Of a stretch of DNA of 64,000 nt, positions 63,354 through 64,000 are shown in pieces. Position numbers and translations under genes: made by a program. Positions within the stretch are counted from its first letter, which is position 1, and every line of letters begins with the position of its first letter. The notes below the pieces were generated by a model that searched no databases, was not told where the DNA came from, and was given only the letters and a program-made list of their open reading frames with translations. The stretch is from an uncultured Planctomycetaceae bacterium (GTDB taxonomy: Bacteria > Planctomycetota > Planctomycetia > Pirellulales > Thermoguttaceae): positions 373,557-437,556 of the forward strand of contig CAVWXT010000002.1 of NCBI GenBank assembly GCA_963759115.1, in the 5' to 3' direction.

Positions 63354-64000
63354 TGGCTCAACGAAGCAGCCCCATTCCGAATCCCGACTGGTCCGACCTG
63401 GGCCCGCAGCCCGGGGGACTGCTGCTGGCGGTGGCCGACTGGATCGCCGACTTCGGCGGCGTGGTGATGGATTGGATCGTCGGCCTGGGCAACATCTCCA
63501 CGTTCTCCCTGCGGACCTTCGGCTGGATGCTGACGCGGCTGCCGCGCAGGGAGACGATCCTGCCGAACTTCTACCAGATCGGCGTCTTGAGCCTGCCGGT
63601 GGTGGCCCTGACGGGCACCTTCATCGGCATGGTGCTGGTGGTGCAGAGCTACGTGCAGTTCCGCAATCTGCACCTGGAGGCGAAGCTGGGGGCGGTCATC
63701 AACATGTCGCTGGTCCGCGAGCTGGGGCCGGTGCTGGCGGCCACGATGCTGGCCGGCCGGGTGGGCAGCGCCATGGCCGCCGAACTGGGCACCATGCGCG
63801 TCACCGAGCAGATCGACGCCCTGGTCACGCATGGGCGCCAATCCGATCCATTACCTGGTCGTGCCGCGGTTCCTCGGCTGCCTGCTGCTGATCCCGGCGC
63901 TGACGATCATGGCCGACTTCATGGGCGTGGTCGGGGCGCTTGTTCTACGCCGTGCAGCTGCTGGGCATCGACTCCCATCATTACCTGGAGAACTCGCAGC
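63354..64000 (+). CDS. mlaE: MlaE-family ABC transporter permease (partial, runs off the window), two or more 1-bp frameshifts near 63840 and 63945
   Basis: [13 protein letters not shown]...[22 protein letters not shown]...[37 protein letters not shown], then in other frames [35 protein letters not shown]. Confidence 0.65.

Overview
This is a high-GC (about 65-70%) bacterial chromosomal window, most plausibly from a Planctomycetes (Pirellula-like) genome. That guess rests on ECF sigma / Ser-Thr kinase pairing, DUF1080, a BBP7-type outer-membrane protein, PIG-L deacetylases, GH29/GH10 hydrolases and twin-arginine signals. Housekeeping genes are rnr (RNase R), gcvT-gcvH-gcvPA, uvrC, groES-groEL, hisS, sufU-sufS, SPFH/NfeD membrane-scaffold genes and a partial mlaE. 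Accessory content is as follows.

- A complete type II restriction-modification locus with a controller (C) protein lies at 4.2-6.1 kb.
- A lower-GC island at about 19.5-27.6 kb carries two divergent IS110-family elements that share an identical 52-bp end block, a ParE/RelE-Phd toxin-antitoxin cassette flanked by 140-bp direct repeats, and a free-standing 23S-IVS-type four-helix-bundle gene flanked by inverted heptamer arrays.
- An ORF-less group II intron lies at 62.28-63.07 kb, inserted 3 nt downstream of a palindromic repeat hairpin.
- There are many small palindromic repeat families (REP/MITE-like). One of them, the GGGGACAG family, is inserted in frame inside rnr twice and inside a Ser/Thr kinase gene.
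- A large membrane protein contains about 30 tandem 15-bp coding repeats.

Many genes (uvrC, sufS, sufU, AKR, MTase, REase, HlyD-family efflux adaptors, kinase, PDZ protein, mlaE) show 1-bp frameshifts, often in homopolymers. Most central housekeeping genes (rnr, groEL, gcvTHPA, hisS) are intact, so sequencing error and genuine decay cannot be separated from sequence alone. No rRNA, tRNA or CRISPR array was found.
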